A stretch of DNA of 64,000 nt from an uncultured Bacteroidales bacterium. GTDB lineage: Bacteria > Bacteroidota > Bacteroidia > Bacteroidales > UBA10428. Shown here in pieces: positions 1 through 9,364 of the stretch. Location: NCBI GenBank assembly GCA_964534745.1, contig CAZHQW010000003.1, positions 16,016-80,015 of the forward strand, written 5' to 3'. The notes below the pieces were generated by a model. That model saw only the letters and a program-made list of their open reading frames with translations, was not told where the DNA came from and did not search any database. The first letter of the stretch is position 1. Every line of letters starts with the position of its first letter. Both the position numbers and the translations under genes were made by a program.

Positions 1-2
1 TT

Positions 3-590
3 ATATACAGGGAAAAACTAACATTCATTCAGCTGTCCGGTTTGATTATCGTTGTTTGCGGATTGTTATTGTTTTACAATGAACAATTTTCATTAATAGT
101 GGGGAATAAACAAATTTTCAATAAGGGCATAATCTGGATAATCATAGGGGCAGTGGCATGGTCGGGCTATGCTGTAATACAGAAAAAGCTTGTCCGCAAA
201 TATCCTCCTATGGAACTTAATATTGTTATATTCGGCATACCGGCCATTTTATATAGCCCCTTTGTCGGTTACCGCAGCTTCGGGGAAATATCGTTTGGAT
301 ACTGGATATTACTTTTATTTCTGGGTCTTAATACGCTTGCTGCCTACGGATCACTTGCCCTGGCACTTAAATACCTTGAGGCAAATAAAGTAAGTGTGAT
401 AATAACCCAGAATCCCGTTATTACTTTTATAACAATGGCCATCCTGGGAGCATTAAGTGTCCCGTGGATAACCCCTGAGAATTTTACGTTTCTGACAGTC
501 ATGGGTGCTATGATGGTGATAGGAGGGGCGGTACTGACTGTTTTTACCCACAATAAAAATATCCAATTATTCAGGAGGCGAAGCAAATAA
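3..590 (+). CDS. EamA/DMT-family transporter, C-terminal part (5' end lies outside the window)
   Basis: The frame is open from base 3 to the TAA at 588-590. The product is hydrophobic and multi-helix, with an EamA-like segment LLFLGLNTLAAYGSLALALKYLEANKVSVI. The TTG at 42 in the ORF track is probably internal. Confidence 0.6.
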   Translation: MYREKLTFIQLSGLIIVVCGLLLFYNEQFSLIVGNKQIFNKGIIWIIIGAVAWSGYAVIQKKLVRKYPPMELNIVIFGIPAILYSPFVGYRSFGEISFGYWILLLFLGLNTLAAYGSLALALKYLEANKVSVIITQNPVITFITMAILGALSVPWITPENFTFLTVMGAMMVIGGAVLTVFTHNKNIQLFRRRSK

Positions 591-604
591 ATTATTTTTA
601 TTTA

Positions 605-612
605 TATATTTG
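605..612 (+). promoter_or_regulatory. Bacteroidota -7 promoter box (TATATTTG = TAnnTTTG) upstream of galK
   Basis: Exact match to the TAnnTTTG consensus, 17 nt upstream of the galK ATG at 629, in an AT-rich spacer. Confidence 0.5.
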
Positions 613-628
613 AAAAAAAACCCTGCGA

Positions 629-1792
629 ATGATTAAGAACCTGCGGAATGAGTTTATCAGGATATACGGCCCTTCACAAAAAGAAATCTCAATGTTTTTT
701 TCTCCCGGAAGGGTAAACCTTATAGGAGAACATACCGATTATAACGGGGGCTATGTTTTCCCCTGTGCCCTCAGCTACGGAACTTACCTGGCTGCCAGAC
801 ATATTGAATCAAAGGTTGTCAGGTTCTCTACATTGAATTTCGATTACAAATGTGAAATTCCTATTGACAGGTTAAATGAAAAAAAGGGTAATGAATGGGT
901 AAATTATCCTCTTGGAGTAATTGATGAATTCCGTAAAGCAGGTGTAGTTATATCAGAAGGCGTGGAGCTTCTTTTCTCAGGTAACATCCCTGACGGGGCA
1001 GGATTATCTTCGTCTGCTTCTATCGAAACTGTCTCCGCTGCTTTCATTAACGAAAAATACGGGAACAATAAACTGGACAGGAAGGAACTGGCGCTATTGT
1101 GCCAGAGGGCTGAGAACAACTTCGTGGGAGTAAATTGCGGAATTATGGATCAGTTTGCTGCTGTAATGGGTAAACAAAACCATGCTATTTTCCTTAACTG
1201 CGACAACCTCGAATACGAACTTGTTCCACTTTCCATTACAGGATACAAACTTGTTATTTCAAATACAAACAAAAAAAGGAAACTCACAGATTCCAAATAT
1301 AATGAGAGAAGGGGTGAGTGCGACAAGGCAGTGGAATACCTGAATAAAGTAAGGCCCCTGCGAAACCTTGGTGAGCTTACCCTGGCCGATTTTGACAGGC
1401 TCGCTGGCAATATCCCTGACAGCACGGTGAGAAAAAGGGCAAGGCATGTGGTCTCCGAGGATCAGAGGTGCATGGACGCCGTTGAGGCACTGAGAAGCAA
1501 TGACATTATAAAATTCGGCAGCCTGATGAATGCTTCCCATGATTCACTGCGCGTTGATTATGAGGTAACCGGACCGGAGCTCGATACCCTTGTTGACGAA
1601 GCAAGAAAAATTGAGGGTGTTTTAGGCTCAAGAATGACCGGTGCAGGATTCGGGGGATGTACCGTAAGCCTTGTAAATGAAAATTCAATAGGCAAATTTA
1701 TTGCCGATGTCAGTGTCGGCTATTTAGAAAAAACCGGACTTAAAGCTGATTTCTATGTTGCCGACGTGGGAGATGGCACAAAAAAAATATAA
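629..1792 (+). CDS. galK: galactokinase
   Basis: Galactokinase signature GRVNLIGEHTDYNGG near the N-terminus and the GHMP ATP loop PDGAGLSSSAS. The 387-aa length is typical. Confidence 0.95.
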   Translation: MIKNLRNEFIRIYGPSQKEISMFFSPGRVNLIGEHTDYNGGYVFPCALSYGTYLAARHIESKVVRFSTLNFDYKCEIPIDRLNEKKGNEWVNYPLGVIDEFRKAGVVISEGVELLFSGNIPDGAGLSSSASIETVSAAFINEKYGNNKLDRKELALLCQRAENNFVGVNCGIMDQFAAVMGKQNHAIFLNCDNLEYELVPLSITGYKLVISNTNKKRKLTDSKYNERRGECDKAVEYLNKVRPLRNLGELTLADFDRLAGNIPDSTVRKRARHVVSEDQRCMDAVEALRSNDIIKFGSLMNASHDSLRVDYEVTGPELDTLVDEARKIEGVLGSRMTGAGFGGCTVSLVNENSIGKFIADVSVGYLEKTGLKADFYVADVGDGTKKI

Positions 1793-1829
1793 CCGACAAT
1801 ATTATAATGAATTAAACTGTAAATAAAAA

Positions 1830-3542
1830 ATGGAACACGTTATCTCTCTTGGCTGGATAGACTTGTTGATAATGGCAGTCTATATTGTATTTGTGCTGGG
1901 TATTGGCTGGTTATTGAAGCGCTACATGCTCACTGCCACTGACTTCCTTGAAGCGGGTCGTTCGCTTCCTGCATGGATAACCGGACTGGCTTTTATTTCT
2001 GCCAACCTTGGTGCCCTGGAAGTATTCGGTATGGCCGCATCAGGAGCAAAATATGGAATTAAAACCATACACTTCTACTGGATAGGAGCAATACCGGCGA
2101 TGATCTTCCTGGCAATTTTTATGATGCCCTTCTACTATGGCTCAAAGGCACGCTCTGCCCCAGAATATTTAAAGCTGCGGTTTGACGAAAAAACGAGGGG
2201 ACTTAATGCTATTTCATTTGCCGTGATGACTGTATTTACCTCAGGCATATCAATGTTCGCCCTGGCTGAACTGATGAGAATTTTATTGGGATGGGACTTT
2301 AATTTCAGCCTTATTCTTTCGGCACTTATTGTGCTCATTTACACCTACCTTGGCGGATTAACTTCTGCCATTTATAACGAGGTCCTGCAGTTCTTCCTTA
2401 TTGTCATCGGCTTCCTGCCCCTTTCAATAATCGGGCTCATAAATGTCGGCGGATGGGAAGGATTAAAGGAAGCCTTAAGTGAGGTAGCAGTTGAAAGAGG
2501 ATTCTCTGCCGGGGCTTACACAGCATCCTGGCAGGGTATGGGAAGCGCAGCAACAAATCCCATGGGGATACAATGGTTCGGACTAATAATGGGACTGGGC
2601 TTCGTATTATCTTTTGGCTACTGGTGTACCAACTTTCTTGTAGTCCAGAGAGCAATGGCTGCAGGATCTATGCGTGCTGCACGCCGTACCCCTTTAATAG
2701 GGGCCATTCCTAAGATGTTCCTTCCTCTCCTGGTGATATTGCCAGGCATGATAGCATTAAAATTGTTAAATGATCCTGAAAGCGGCTTTGCATTGCTTCA
2801 GAAAGACGGATCAGATGATTTCAATTCCGTAATACCCATGATGCTTGGCCATTATTTTCCTACGGGATTACTGGGTCTCGGATTAACTGCCCTTATGGCG
2901 TCATTTATGTCGGGCATGGCAGGAAATGTTACGGCATTTAATACTGTCTGGACTTATGATATATACCAGAGCTATATCAATCCGAATAGGCCTGATAAAC
3001 ATTACCTGAGGGTCGGACAGTTTGCTACCGTATTCGGGGTTATTATAAGTATAGGCACAGCTTACCTTGCGGCACAGTTTGACAATATAATGGACTTTAT
3101 CCAGCTTGTATTTGCGTTTGTCAATGCCCCGTTATTTGCCACGTTCCTGCTGGGCATGTTCTGGAAACGGTCCACGGGCCACGGCGCCTTTTACGGACTG
3201 CTTGCAGGGATAATAGCAGCAACAGTGCATCACGGATTAACCCTTACAGCAGGTGAGGCAATTGGCATAAAAGGAGGTTGGATCCATGTCTTTCATCAAT
3301 ATCCCAGTGAAATGGCATTGTCATTCTGGACAGCCATATGGGCATTTGTCGTATGTTTTATATTTACTATTATAGTATCATTCAGCACACAAAGGACCAA
3401 ATCTGATAATGAATTAAAAGGTCTTGTATACTCGATGACACCAAAGTATAAAGAAGAGGGTGAAAAATGGTATCAAAGCAATATAGCACTGGCTATTCTA
3501 GTCGGGGCCATGGCAATAGTCTTAAGTATATTATTCTGGTAA
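1830..3542 (+). CDS. sodium:solute symporter (SSS/SGLT family), probable Na+/galactose-glucose transporter
   Basis: 570-aa polytopic membrane protein with SSS-family character (GRSLPAWITGLAFISANLGALE; YWCTNFLVVQRAMAA). It sits inside the Leloir cluster. Confidence 0.88.
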   Translation: MEHVISLGWIDLLIMAVYIVFVLGIGWLLKRYMLTATDFLEAGRSLPAWITGLAFISANLGALEVFGMAASGAKYGIKTIHFYWIGAIPAMIFLAIFMMPFYYGSKARSAPEYLKLRFDEKTRGLNAISFAVMTVFTSGISMFALAELMRILLGWDFNFSLILSALIVLIYTYLGGLTSAIYNEVLQFFLIVIGFLPLSIIGLINVGGWEGLKEALSEVAVERGFSAGAYTASWQGMGSAATNPMGIQWFGLIMGLGFVLSFGYWCTNFLVVQRAMAAGSMRAARRTPLIGAIPKMFLPLLVILPGMIALKLLNDPESGFALLQKDGSDDFNSVIPMMLGHYFPTGLLGLGLTALMASFMSGMAGNVTAFNTVWTYDIYQSYINPNRPDKHYLRVGQFATVFGVIISIGTAYLAAQFDNIMDFIQLVFAFVNAPLFATFLLGMFWKRSTGHGAFYGLLAGIIAATVHHGLTLTAGEAIGIKGGWIHVFHQYPSEMALSFWTAIWAFVVCFIFTIIVSFSTQRTKSDNELKGLVYSMTPKYKEEGEKWYQSNIALAILVGAMAIVLSILFW

Positions 3543-3553
3543 AAACTTAAATT

Positions 3554-3769
3554 ATGGGCGTAGATATTAAACTTCCAATCGGATTAATGTTCACAATACT
3601 CGGGATTATATTGACTATCCACGGATTTCTTACAGTGGCAAATGCCGAGCTTTATAAAAAGTCCCTTGGTATAAATATAAATCTCTGGGTCGGACTGTCA
3701 ATGCTTGTTTTTGGCATTTTTATGCTGGCGCTTTCAAAAAAACTTAAACGTCCCGAGGCAAAAAAATAA
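3554..3769 (+). CDS. small two-helix membrane protein of unknown function
   Basis: 71 aa with two hydrophobic helices and a basic tail (KKLKRPEAKK). The ATG is 11 nt after the symporter stop, and a hairpin plus T-run follows. Confidence 0.5.
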   Translation: MGVDIKLPIGLMFTILGIILTIHGFLTVANAELYKKSLGININLWVGLSMLVFGIFMLALSKKLKRPEAKK

Positions 3770-3774
3770 CAATT

Positions 3775-3798
3775 GTCCGGTAACCGGGACTATTTTTT
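3775..3798. terminator. candidate bidirectional hairpin terminator between convergent genes
   Basis: GTCCGG-TAA-CCGGGAC imperfect hairpin followed by TATTTTTTC. It overlaps the galT stop codon. Confidence 0.4.
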
Positions 3799-4836
3799 CT
3801 TATAATGTACTTCAGGCAGGTCTCTTAGCCTTTGTGTACTTATTTCAGGGGTAATATCCCTTTGCGGATTGGCAAGCATCTCATAGCCTACCATGAACTT
3901 TTTTATCGTTGCCGACCTCAGCAGGGGAGGGTAAAAATGCATGTGGAAATGCCATTCGGGATGATCCCTGCCATCGGTGGGACTCTGGTGTATACCTGCA
4001 GAATAAGGAAAAGAGACTTCAAAAAGATTGTCATATATTATTGTGAGTCTTCTCAATATATCGGCAAACAACTGTTTTTCTTCTTCTGACATTAATCCTA
4101 TGTTCTGCAAATGGTTCCTGCTTATAATAAGTGTCTCAAAGGGCCATATCCCCCAGAACGGCGATACTACAACAAATCCTTCGTTTTCAATTACAACCCT
4201 TTCCCCCTTTTCAAGTTCCTTTTCAAGATATACAGAGAGCATGCTTCTTTTATTGCTGTCATAAAACTTCTTCAGATTATGACATTCCTTTAAAGGCTCT
4301 GCAGGTATTGATTCCTGGGCCCAAATCTGTCCGTGGGGATGAGGGTTGCTGCATCCCATGACGCTGCCCTTATTTTCGAAAATCTGTACATAATTAATAT
4401 AATCAAGCCCGCCAATCTCAAGGTATTCCCTCTGCCACACATCAACTACCTTTTTTATTTCCCCTGTATTCATCTCAGGAAGGGTCAGGTCATGCCTCGG
4501 TGAAAAGATTATGACCTTGCACAATCCTCTTTCACTTCTGGCAAAAAATGTCTCGCCATCATTGTATTCGCCCTCAGGGATATCAGGTTTCAGTGCGCTG
4601 AAATCATTAACAAATACAAAAATGTCCTCATATTCAGGATTCCTTGCCCCTCCCGCCCTTTTATTGCCGGGACATAAGTAACACCCGGTATCATATGGGG
4701 GAAGCTTTTCTTCCCGTAGCTTTTCAACCTGCCCCTGCCATGGCCTCTTTGCCCTGTGAGGTGAAACCAGCAGCCACTCTCCTGTCAGCGGATTATATCT
4801 TTCATGCGGGTGTTCAGAGAAATCAAACTTAACCAT
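3790..4836 (-). CDS. galT: galactose-1-phosphate uridylyltransferase
   Basis: Active-site HPHGQIWA (HxHxQ) motif and the zinc-site region CYLCPGN. The 348-aa length is typical. Confidence 0.95.
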   Translation of the reverse strand: MVKFDFSEHPHERYNPLTGEWLLVSPHRAKRPWQGQVEKLREEKLPPYDTGCYLCPGNKRAGGARNPEYEDIFVFVNDFSALKPDIPEGEYNDGETFFARSERGLCKVIIFSPRHDLTLPEMNTGEIKKVVDVWQREYLEIGGLDYINYVQIFENKGSVMGCSNPHPHGQIWAQESIPAEPLKECHNLKKFYDSNKRSMLSVYLEKELEKGERVVIENEGFVVVSPFWGIWPFETLIISRNHLQNIGLMSEEEKQLFADILRRLTIIYDNLFEVSFPYSAGIHQSPTDGRDHPEWHFHMHFYPPLLRSATIKKFMVGYEMLANPQRDITPEISTQRLRDLPEVHYKKK

Positions 4837-4947
4837 AATGTCTTATTCTATTTATTATAATCAATATTAGTATTAATTTATCATATTTTTAAAATTTGAA
4901 TTATTTTTCTTATTTTGGCCGCCTAAACGAATAATAATCCCCGCTTT

Positions 4948-6000
4948 ATGAATATCAAAAAAGAACTTTTCGGTAAAACCGGCGATAATAAGGAAGTCCA
5001 CATTTTCAACCTTCAGAATAATAACGGCATAACGGTTAAAATTACCAACTATGGAGGTATAATAACATATCTTTCAGCTCCTGACAGGGAAGGCAAATTT
5101 GATAATATAGTCCTTGGATTTGACAGCCTGGAAGAATATACCAGTCCCTCCTATATTAAGGGATGCCCATATCTGGGCGCAATTATTGGAAGATATGCCA
5201 ACAGGATAGCAAACGGCACATTTTCAGTTGAAGGAAAGCAGTATAAACTTGTCCTTAATGACGGCCCCAACCACCTGCATGGAGGTACAAAAGGATTCGA
5301 TAAGGTTTTATGGGATGCGAGCGAATTCCGGTCCGGTAACCTTACGGGACTGAGGTTGGATTATTTCAGCAAGGATATGGAAGAAGGATATCCCGGAAAT
5401 TTGAATATTACCGTAATATACTCCCTGACAGACCAGAATGAGCTGAAAATTGAATACAGGGGACAAATAGATAAAGCTTGTCCGGTGAACCTTACACAGC
5501 ACAGTTATTTCAACCTCAACAGTATGAACAGTGATATCCTTGGGCATGCACTATACCTCAATGCAGACAAATATAGCATAGCTGACGATACCTTTATCCC
5601 TACGGGTGAGCTGGCACATGTAGCAAATACACCACTGGATTTCCTCAATCCCAGGAAAATAGGGGAAAGAATAAAAATGCTTGAGATCGGGTATGATCAC
5701 AATTTCGTTCTCAACAAACAGGAAGAAGACGAACTGTCACTGGCAGCAAGAGTAACGGATGAAACAACAGGCCGTATACTCGAAATGTATACTACTGAAC
5801 CGGGTGTCCAGTTTTATTCGGGCAACTTTCTGAATGGAACATTTACAGATGCAGTAGGGATAAAAATGAATAAACGTTACGGCTTTTGTCTTGAAGCACA
5901 GCATTACCCCGATTCACCGAACAAACCGGACTTCCCGTCAAGTATCCTTACTCCTGAAAAGAAATATTTTCAGCTTACTGTATATAAGTTCCTGGTTTAA
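4948..6000 (+). CDS. galM: aldose 1-epimerase (galactose mutarotase)
   Basis: Motifs NHLHGGTKGFD, TQHSYFNL and CLEAQHYPDSPN are typical of the aldose-1-epimerase family. Leloir cluster context supports the call. Confidence 0.9.
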   Translation: MNIKKELFGKTGDNKEVHIFNLQNNNGITVKITNYGGIITYLSAPDREGKFDNIVLGFDSLEEYTSPSYIKGCPYLGAIIGRYANRIANGTFSVEGKQYKLVLNDGPNHLHGGTKGFDKVLWDASEFRSGNLTGLRLDYFSKDMEEGYPGNLNITVIYSLTDQNELKIEYRGQIDKACPVNLTQHSYFNLNSMNSDILGHALYLNADKYSIADDTFIPTGELAHVANTPLDFLNPRKIGERIKMLEIGYDHNFVLNKQEEDELSLAARVTDETTGRILEMYTTEPGVQFYSGNFLNGTFTDAVGIKMNKRYGFCLEAQHYPDSPNKPDFPSSILTPEKKYFQLTVYKFLV

Positions 6001-6021
6001 AATAGATGCCTGTAAAATATA

Positions 6022-6240
6022 CTATTTGCATATATCCCTGTATATCTCAAGAATGCTGTTCTTGTATTCCTGAGGCGCTTCAATATGGCCCCAGCCCTTC
6101 TGTAACTGGAAAATGCCATCATAGGCTGAATCATAATAAGATCTTATCACATGGGGTATATTCCTGTCTTTTAATATGGGACTGATTAGATTGGCTTCTA
6201 TTTCATTCCTTAAAATTACAACCTTGATATTCCTTGCCAT
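6022..6240 (-). CDS. small cytoplasmic protein, DUF2007-like (weak call)
   Basis: ATG at 6240 (MARNIKVVILRNEIEANLI...). The size and N-terminal pattern resemble DUF2007. The longer ORF starting at 6279 adds only a hydrophobic AT-rich extension. Confidence 0.4.
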   Translation of the reverse strand: MARNIKVVILRNEIEANLISPILKDRNIPHVIRSYYDSAYDGIFQLQKGWGHIEAPQEYKNSILEIYRDICK

Positions 6241-6363
6241 TAATATTATTTTTAATATAACATTAATCAAAAATAACAATTTATTCCTTTCATGATAATT
6301 TTGATATTTTTATGGATAATTTTTCTTATTCTTTAATTTTACATTGCACTAAATTCATAATAT

Positions 6364-7902
6364 ATGCCTTTGATTACTTCCATAGTAAACTGGCTTAATA
6401 TAAAAAGGGTCTATCAGATAGAACTGACAAAAAAATATCCTTATGATATACAGCAGGAGCTGCTGTTCAAGCTTCTTAACAAGGCAGTAGATACAGAATG
6501 GGGTAAAAAATATGATTTTGCATCTATTGACAGTATTCAGTCATTCCAGCAGCGTATCCCCATACAGACATACGAAGATGTAAAACCTTATATCAGCCGT
6601 TTGCGCAAAGGGGAAAGCAATCTGTTATGGCCGGGGGAAATTAAATGGTTTGCCAAATCATCAGGGACAACAAGCGACAAGAGCAAATATATCCCGGTAA
6701 GCAAAGATAGCCTTGAAGAGTGCCATTTCAGGGGAGGGAGGGATGTTCTTGCTATTTATACATATAATAATCCTGATTCAAAAATATTTTCCGGGAAAGG
6801 ACTTACCCTCGGAGGAAGCCACAAGATAGATAACTTCAACAACCAGTCATACTACGGCGACCTTTCAGCTATCCTTATTGAGAACCTGCCATTCTGGACC
6901 GAGTTTATTCGTACTCCAAGCTTTGAAGTGGCATTGCTCGACAAGTGGGAAGAAAAAGTCGAAAAAATCGCCAGGGAAACAGTTAATGAAAATGTTACAA
7001 ATATTGCCGGTGTCCCTTCGTGGAACTTGGTTATGATCAAATATATTCTTAAATATGCAAAGAAGGATAACCTGCTGGATATATGGCCCAACCTGGAGCT
7101 TTTTATTCACGGAGGGGTAAACTTTACTCCTTACAGAGAACAGTTCAGGAAGATAATCCCTTCTGAAAATATGCATTACCTTGAAACATATAATGCTTCA
7201 GAGGGCTTTTTTGCTATACAGGATGAACCTGATAAAAGTGATATGTTATTAATGCTGGATTACGGCATCTTTTATGAATTTATTCCGGTCAGCGAAATAG
7301 ATAATCCGTCTCCAAAGGCATATAATATCAGCGAAGTTAAAAAAAATGTGAACTATGCCATGATTATTACTACCAATGGCGGGCTCTGGCGTTACCTTAT
7401 AGGGGATACGGTGAAATTCACATCTGTATACCCGCATAAAATAGTAATCTCAGGAAGGACAAAACATTTTATCAATGCTTTTGGAGAGGAGATCATAATC
7501 GATAATGCTGAGAAAGCTCTTAAAATAGCCTGTGAAAAAACTAATGCAGAAATATCGGATTATACGGCAGCCCCCGTCTTTATGACCCATGACAAAAAGG
7601 GAGCACATGAATGGCTTATCGAATTTACAGTTCCCCCGGCAGATCCCGATTACTTTACTTCCATTCTTGACCATGCCCTGATGTCTCTGAATTCAGATTA
7701 TGAGGCAAAACGATATAAAGACATAACTCTTGATAAACCAATTGTCAGGCTGGCTGAAAAAGGTACTTTTTATCAATGGCTAAAGGCAAAAGAAAAGTTG
7801 GGGGGCCAGAATAAAGTGCCGCGGCTGGCAAATGACAGAAAATATATTGATGAGCTGCTGAAAATAGACATGCAACTTAGAGGTAAACAGGAATCCAGTT
7901 AA
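6364..7902 (+). CDS. GH3-family (acyl-acid amido synthetase-like) adenylating enzyme
   Basis: 512 aa with a GH3/ANL-type nucleotide motif (KSSGTTSDKSKYIPV) and a later YNASEGFFAIQD segment, as seen in bacterial GH3 homologues. Confidence 0.85.
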   Translation: MPLITSIVNWLNIKRVYQIELTKKYPYDIQQELLFKLLNKAVDTEWGKKYDFASIDSIQSFQQRIPIQTYEDVKPYISRLRKGESNLLWPGEIKWFAKSSGTTSDKSKYIPVSKDSLEECHFRGGRDVLAIYTYNNPDSKIFSGKGLTLGGSHKIDNFNNQSYYGDLSAILIENLPFWTEFIRTPSFEVALLDKWEEKVEKIARETVNENVTNIAGVPSWNLVMIKYILKYAKKDNLLDIWPNLELFIHGGVNFTPYREQFRKIIPSENMHYLETYNASEGFFAIQDEPDKSDMLLMLDYGIFYEFIPVSEIDNPSPKAYNISEVKKNVNYAMIITTNGGLWRYLIGDTVKFTSVYPHKIVISGRTKHFINAFGEEIIIDNAEKALKIACEKTNAEISDYTAAPVFMTHDKKGAHEWLIEFTVPPADPDYFTSILDHALMSLNSDYEAKRYKDITLDKPIVRLAEKGTFYQWLKAKEKLGGQNKVPRLANDRKYIDELLKIDMQLRGKQESS

Positions 7903-7956
7903 ATATATAATAAAAATAATTTGTACATTAGTACGCCCTATTTAACCCAAACAATT

Positions 7957-8574
7957 ATGCATATAGCTGTAGCAGGTAACATCGGATCAGGAAAAACCAC
8001 ACTTACAAGGCTGCTTTCGAAACACTACGGATGGGAAGCACATTATGAGGATATTGAAGATAACCCGTATCTGAATGACTTTTATAACGACATGCAGCGC
8101 TGGTCATTCAATCTTCAGATCTATTTCCTGAACAGCAGGTTTAACCATATTCTGTCTTTCAGAAAATCAGGCAAGACGCTGATTCAGGACAGAACAATTT
8201 ACGAAGATGCATACATTTTTGCGCCTAACCTCCATTCTATGGGTTTAATGTCAACACGTGACTTTGAAAATTATTTTACTCTGTTCAATCTTATGAGCTC
8301 CCTGATTCAACCTCCCGACCTGGTTATTTATCTAAGGGCTTCTGTGCCAACACTTGTAAAGCAAATTCAAAAAAGAGGCAGAAAGTATGAAGAAAATATA
8401 AGGCTTGATTACCTGAAGCGCCTTAATGAAAGATATGAAGCATGGATTGAAACTTATAACCTAAACAAACTGCTGATTATTGATGTTGATAATAATAATT
8501 TCTCTGATAATCCCGAAGATTTGAGCATTGTAATTGATAAGGTCAATGCCGAAATTCACGGCTTGTTTAAATAG
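7957..8574 (+). CDS. deoxynucleoside kinase
   Basis: P-loop GNIGSGKTT directly after the ATG at 7957, plus the DRTIYED and RGRKYEE lid region. The TTG at 7921 is unlikely to be the start. Confidence 0.85.
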   Translation: MHIAVAGNIGSGKTTLTRLLSKHYGWEAHYEDIEDNPYLNDFYNDMQRWSFNLQIYFLNSRFNHILSFRKSGKTLIQDRTIYEDAYIFAPNLHSMGLMSTRDFENYFTLFNLMSSLIQPPDLVIYLRASVPTLVKQIQKRGRKYEENIRLDYLKRLNERYEAWIETYNLNKLLIIDVDNNNFSDNPEDLSIVIDKVNAEIHGLFK

Positions 8575-8589
8575 GACTGTATAAATCGA

Positions 8590-8964
8590 TTATGCGGCTT
8601 CAGAGTATTCATGATAGTAAAACCTTGCCCTCAGCAGCATCTCCTCAAATATCTGTCCTGTCTCCAGGGTATCATCATCTCCCTCTTCATAATGCCAGTT
8701 AATAACTATTTCCCTGACATTCCTGTTGGCATCCAGTACCTTGAGTAAGTCGAGAAGCTTCTTTACTGAAGCACTGTTTATGTACTCAAGATTTATGTTT
8801 ATGTTTGCCTTTTCTGCTTTGAGCGCGGTAACCCACACAAATAAAGGCTCATAGAACCTTGTAACAGCAACAGGACATGATTTTCCTTCAACAAGCAATT
8901 CCCCACTATCAAAAAACTCAACTCTCGGTGTATCAACCGTACCTTTAATGATTAGATTTTCCAT
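8590..8964 (-). CDS. DUF1987 (SiaC-like) partner-switching protein
   Basis: From the ATG at 8964: MENLIIKGTVDTPRVEF...GELLVEGKSCPV...FYEPLFVWV...LEYINSASVKKLLDLL...INWHYEEGDDD. This matches the characteristic DUF1987 layout. Confidence 0.7.
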   Translation of the reverse strand: MENLIIKGTVDTPRVEFFDSGELLVEGKSCPVAVTRFYEPLFVWVTALKAEKANININLEYINSASVKKLLDLLKVLDANRNVREIVINWHYEEGDDDTLETGQIFEEMLLRARFYYHEYSEAA

Positions 8965-9364
8965 ATTATTCTCAAGTTGTATAATATAATTGTTGTGCAA
9001 CCTATTCTACGGACAGATTAAAATAAAGATTAATACTATTGACTAATAAATAAGTTATTTTGATAAGGCTGTAATTTTTACATGGGAATTATTTTAATAC
9101 AATAATTATTTTGGCTATAATTGCAGCTTTTATTGTTATTAGTAAAATATAATAAAGAGAAAGGAAGGAGAACAATGTTAATTTTTACAACCCGCCTTTG
9201 ACCGTATTTTGCCTGTCTGGTAAAATATAAGATTCTGAATCCATTATACCCCTGGTTTAATATAATTCATGAAATTATATATGACACCAGGAATAATTTC
9301 ATTACAATAAATATATTATTGATAATCATATAATAATTTAAAGTTAATTAAAGTATAACATTAT

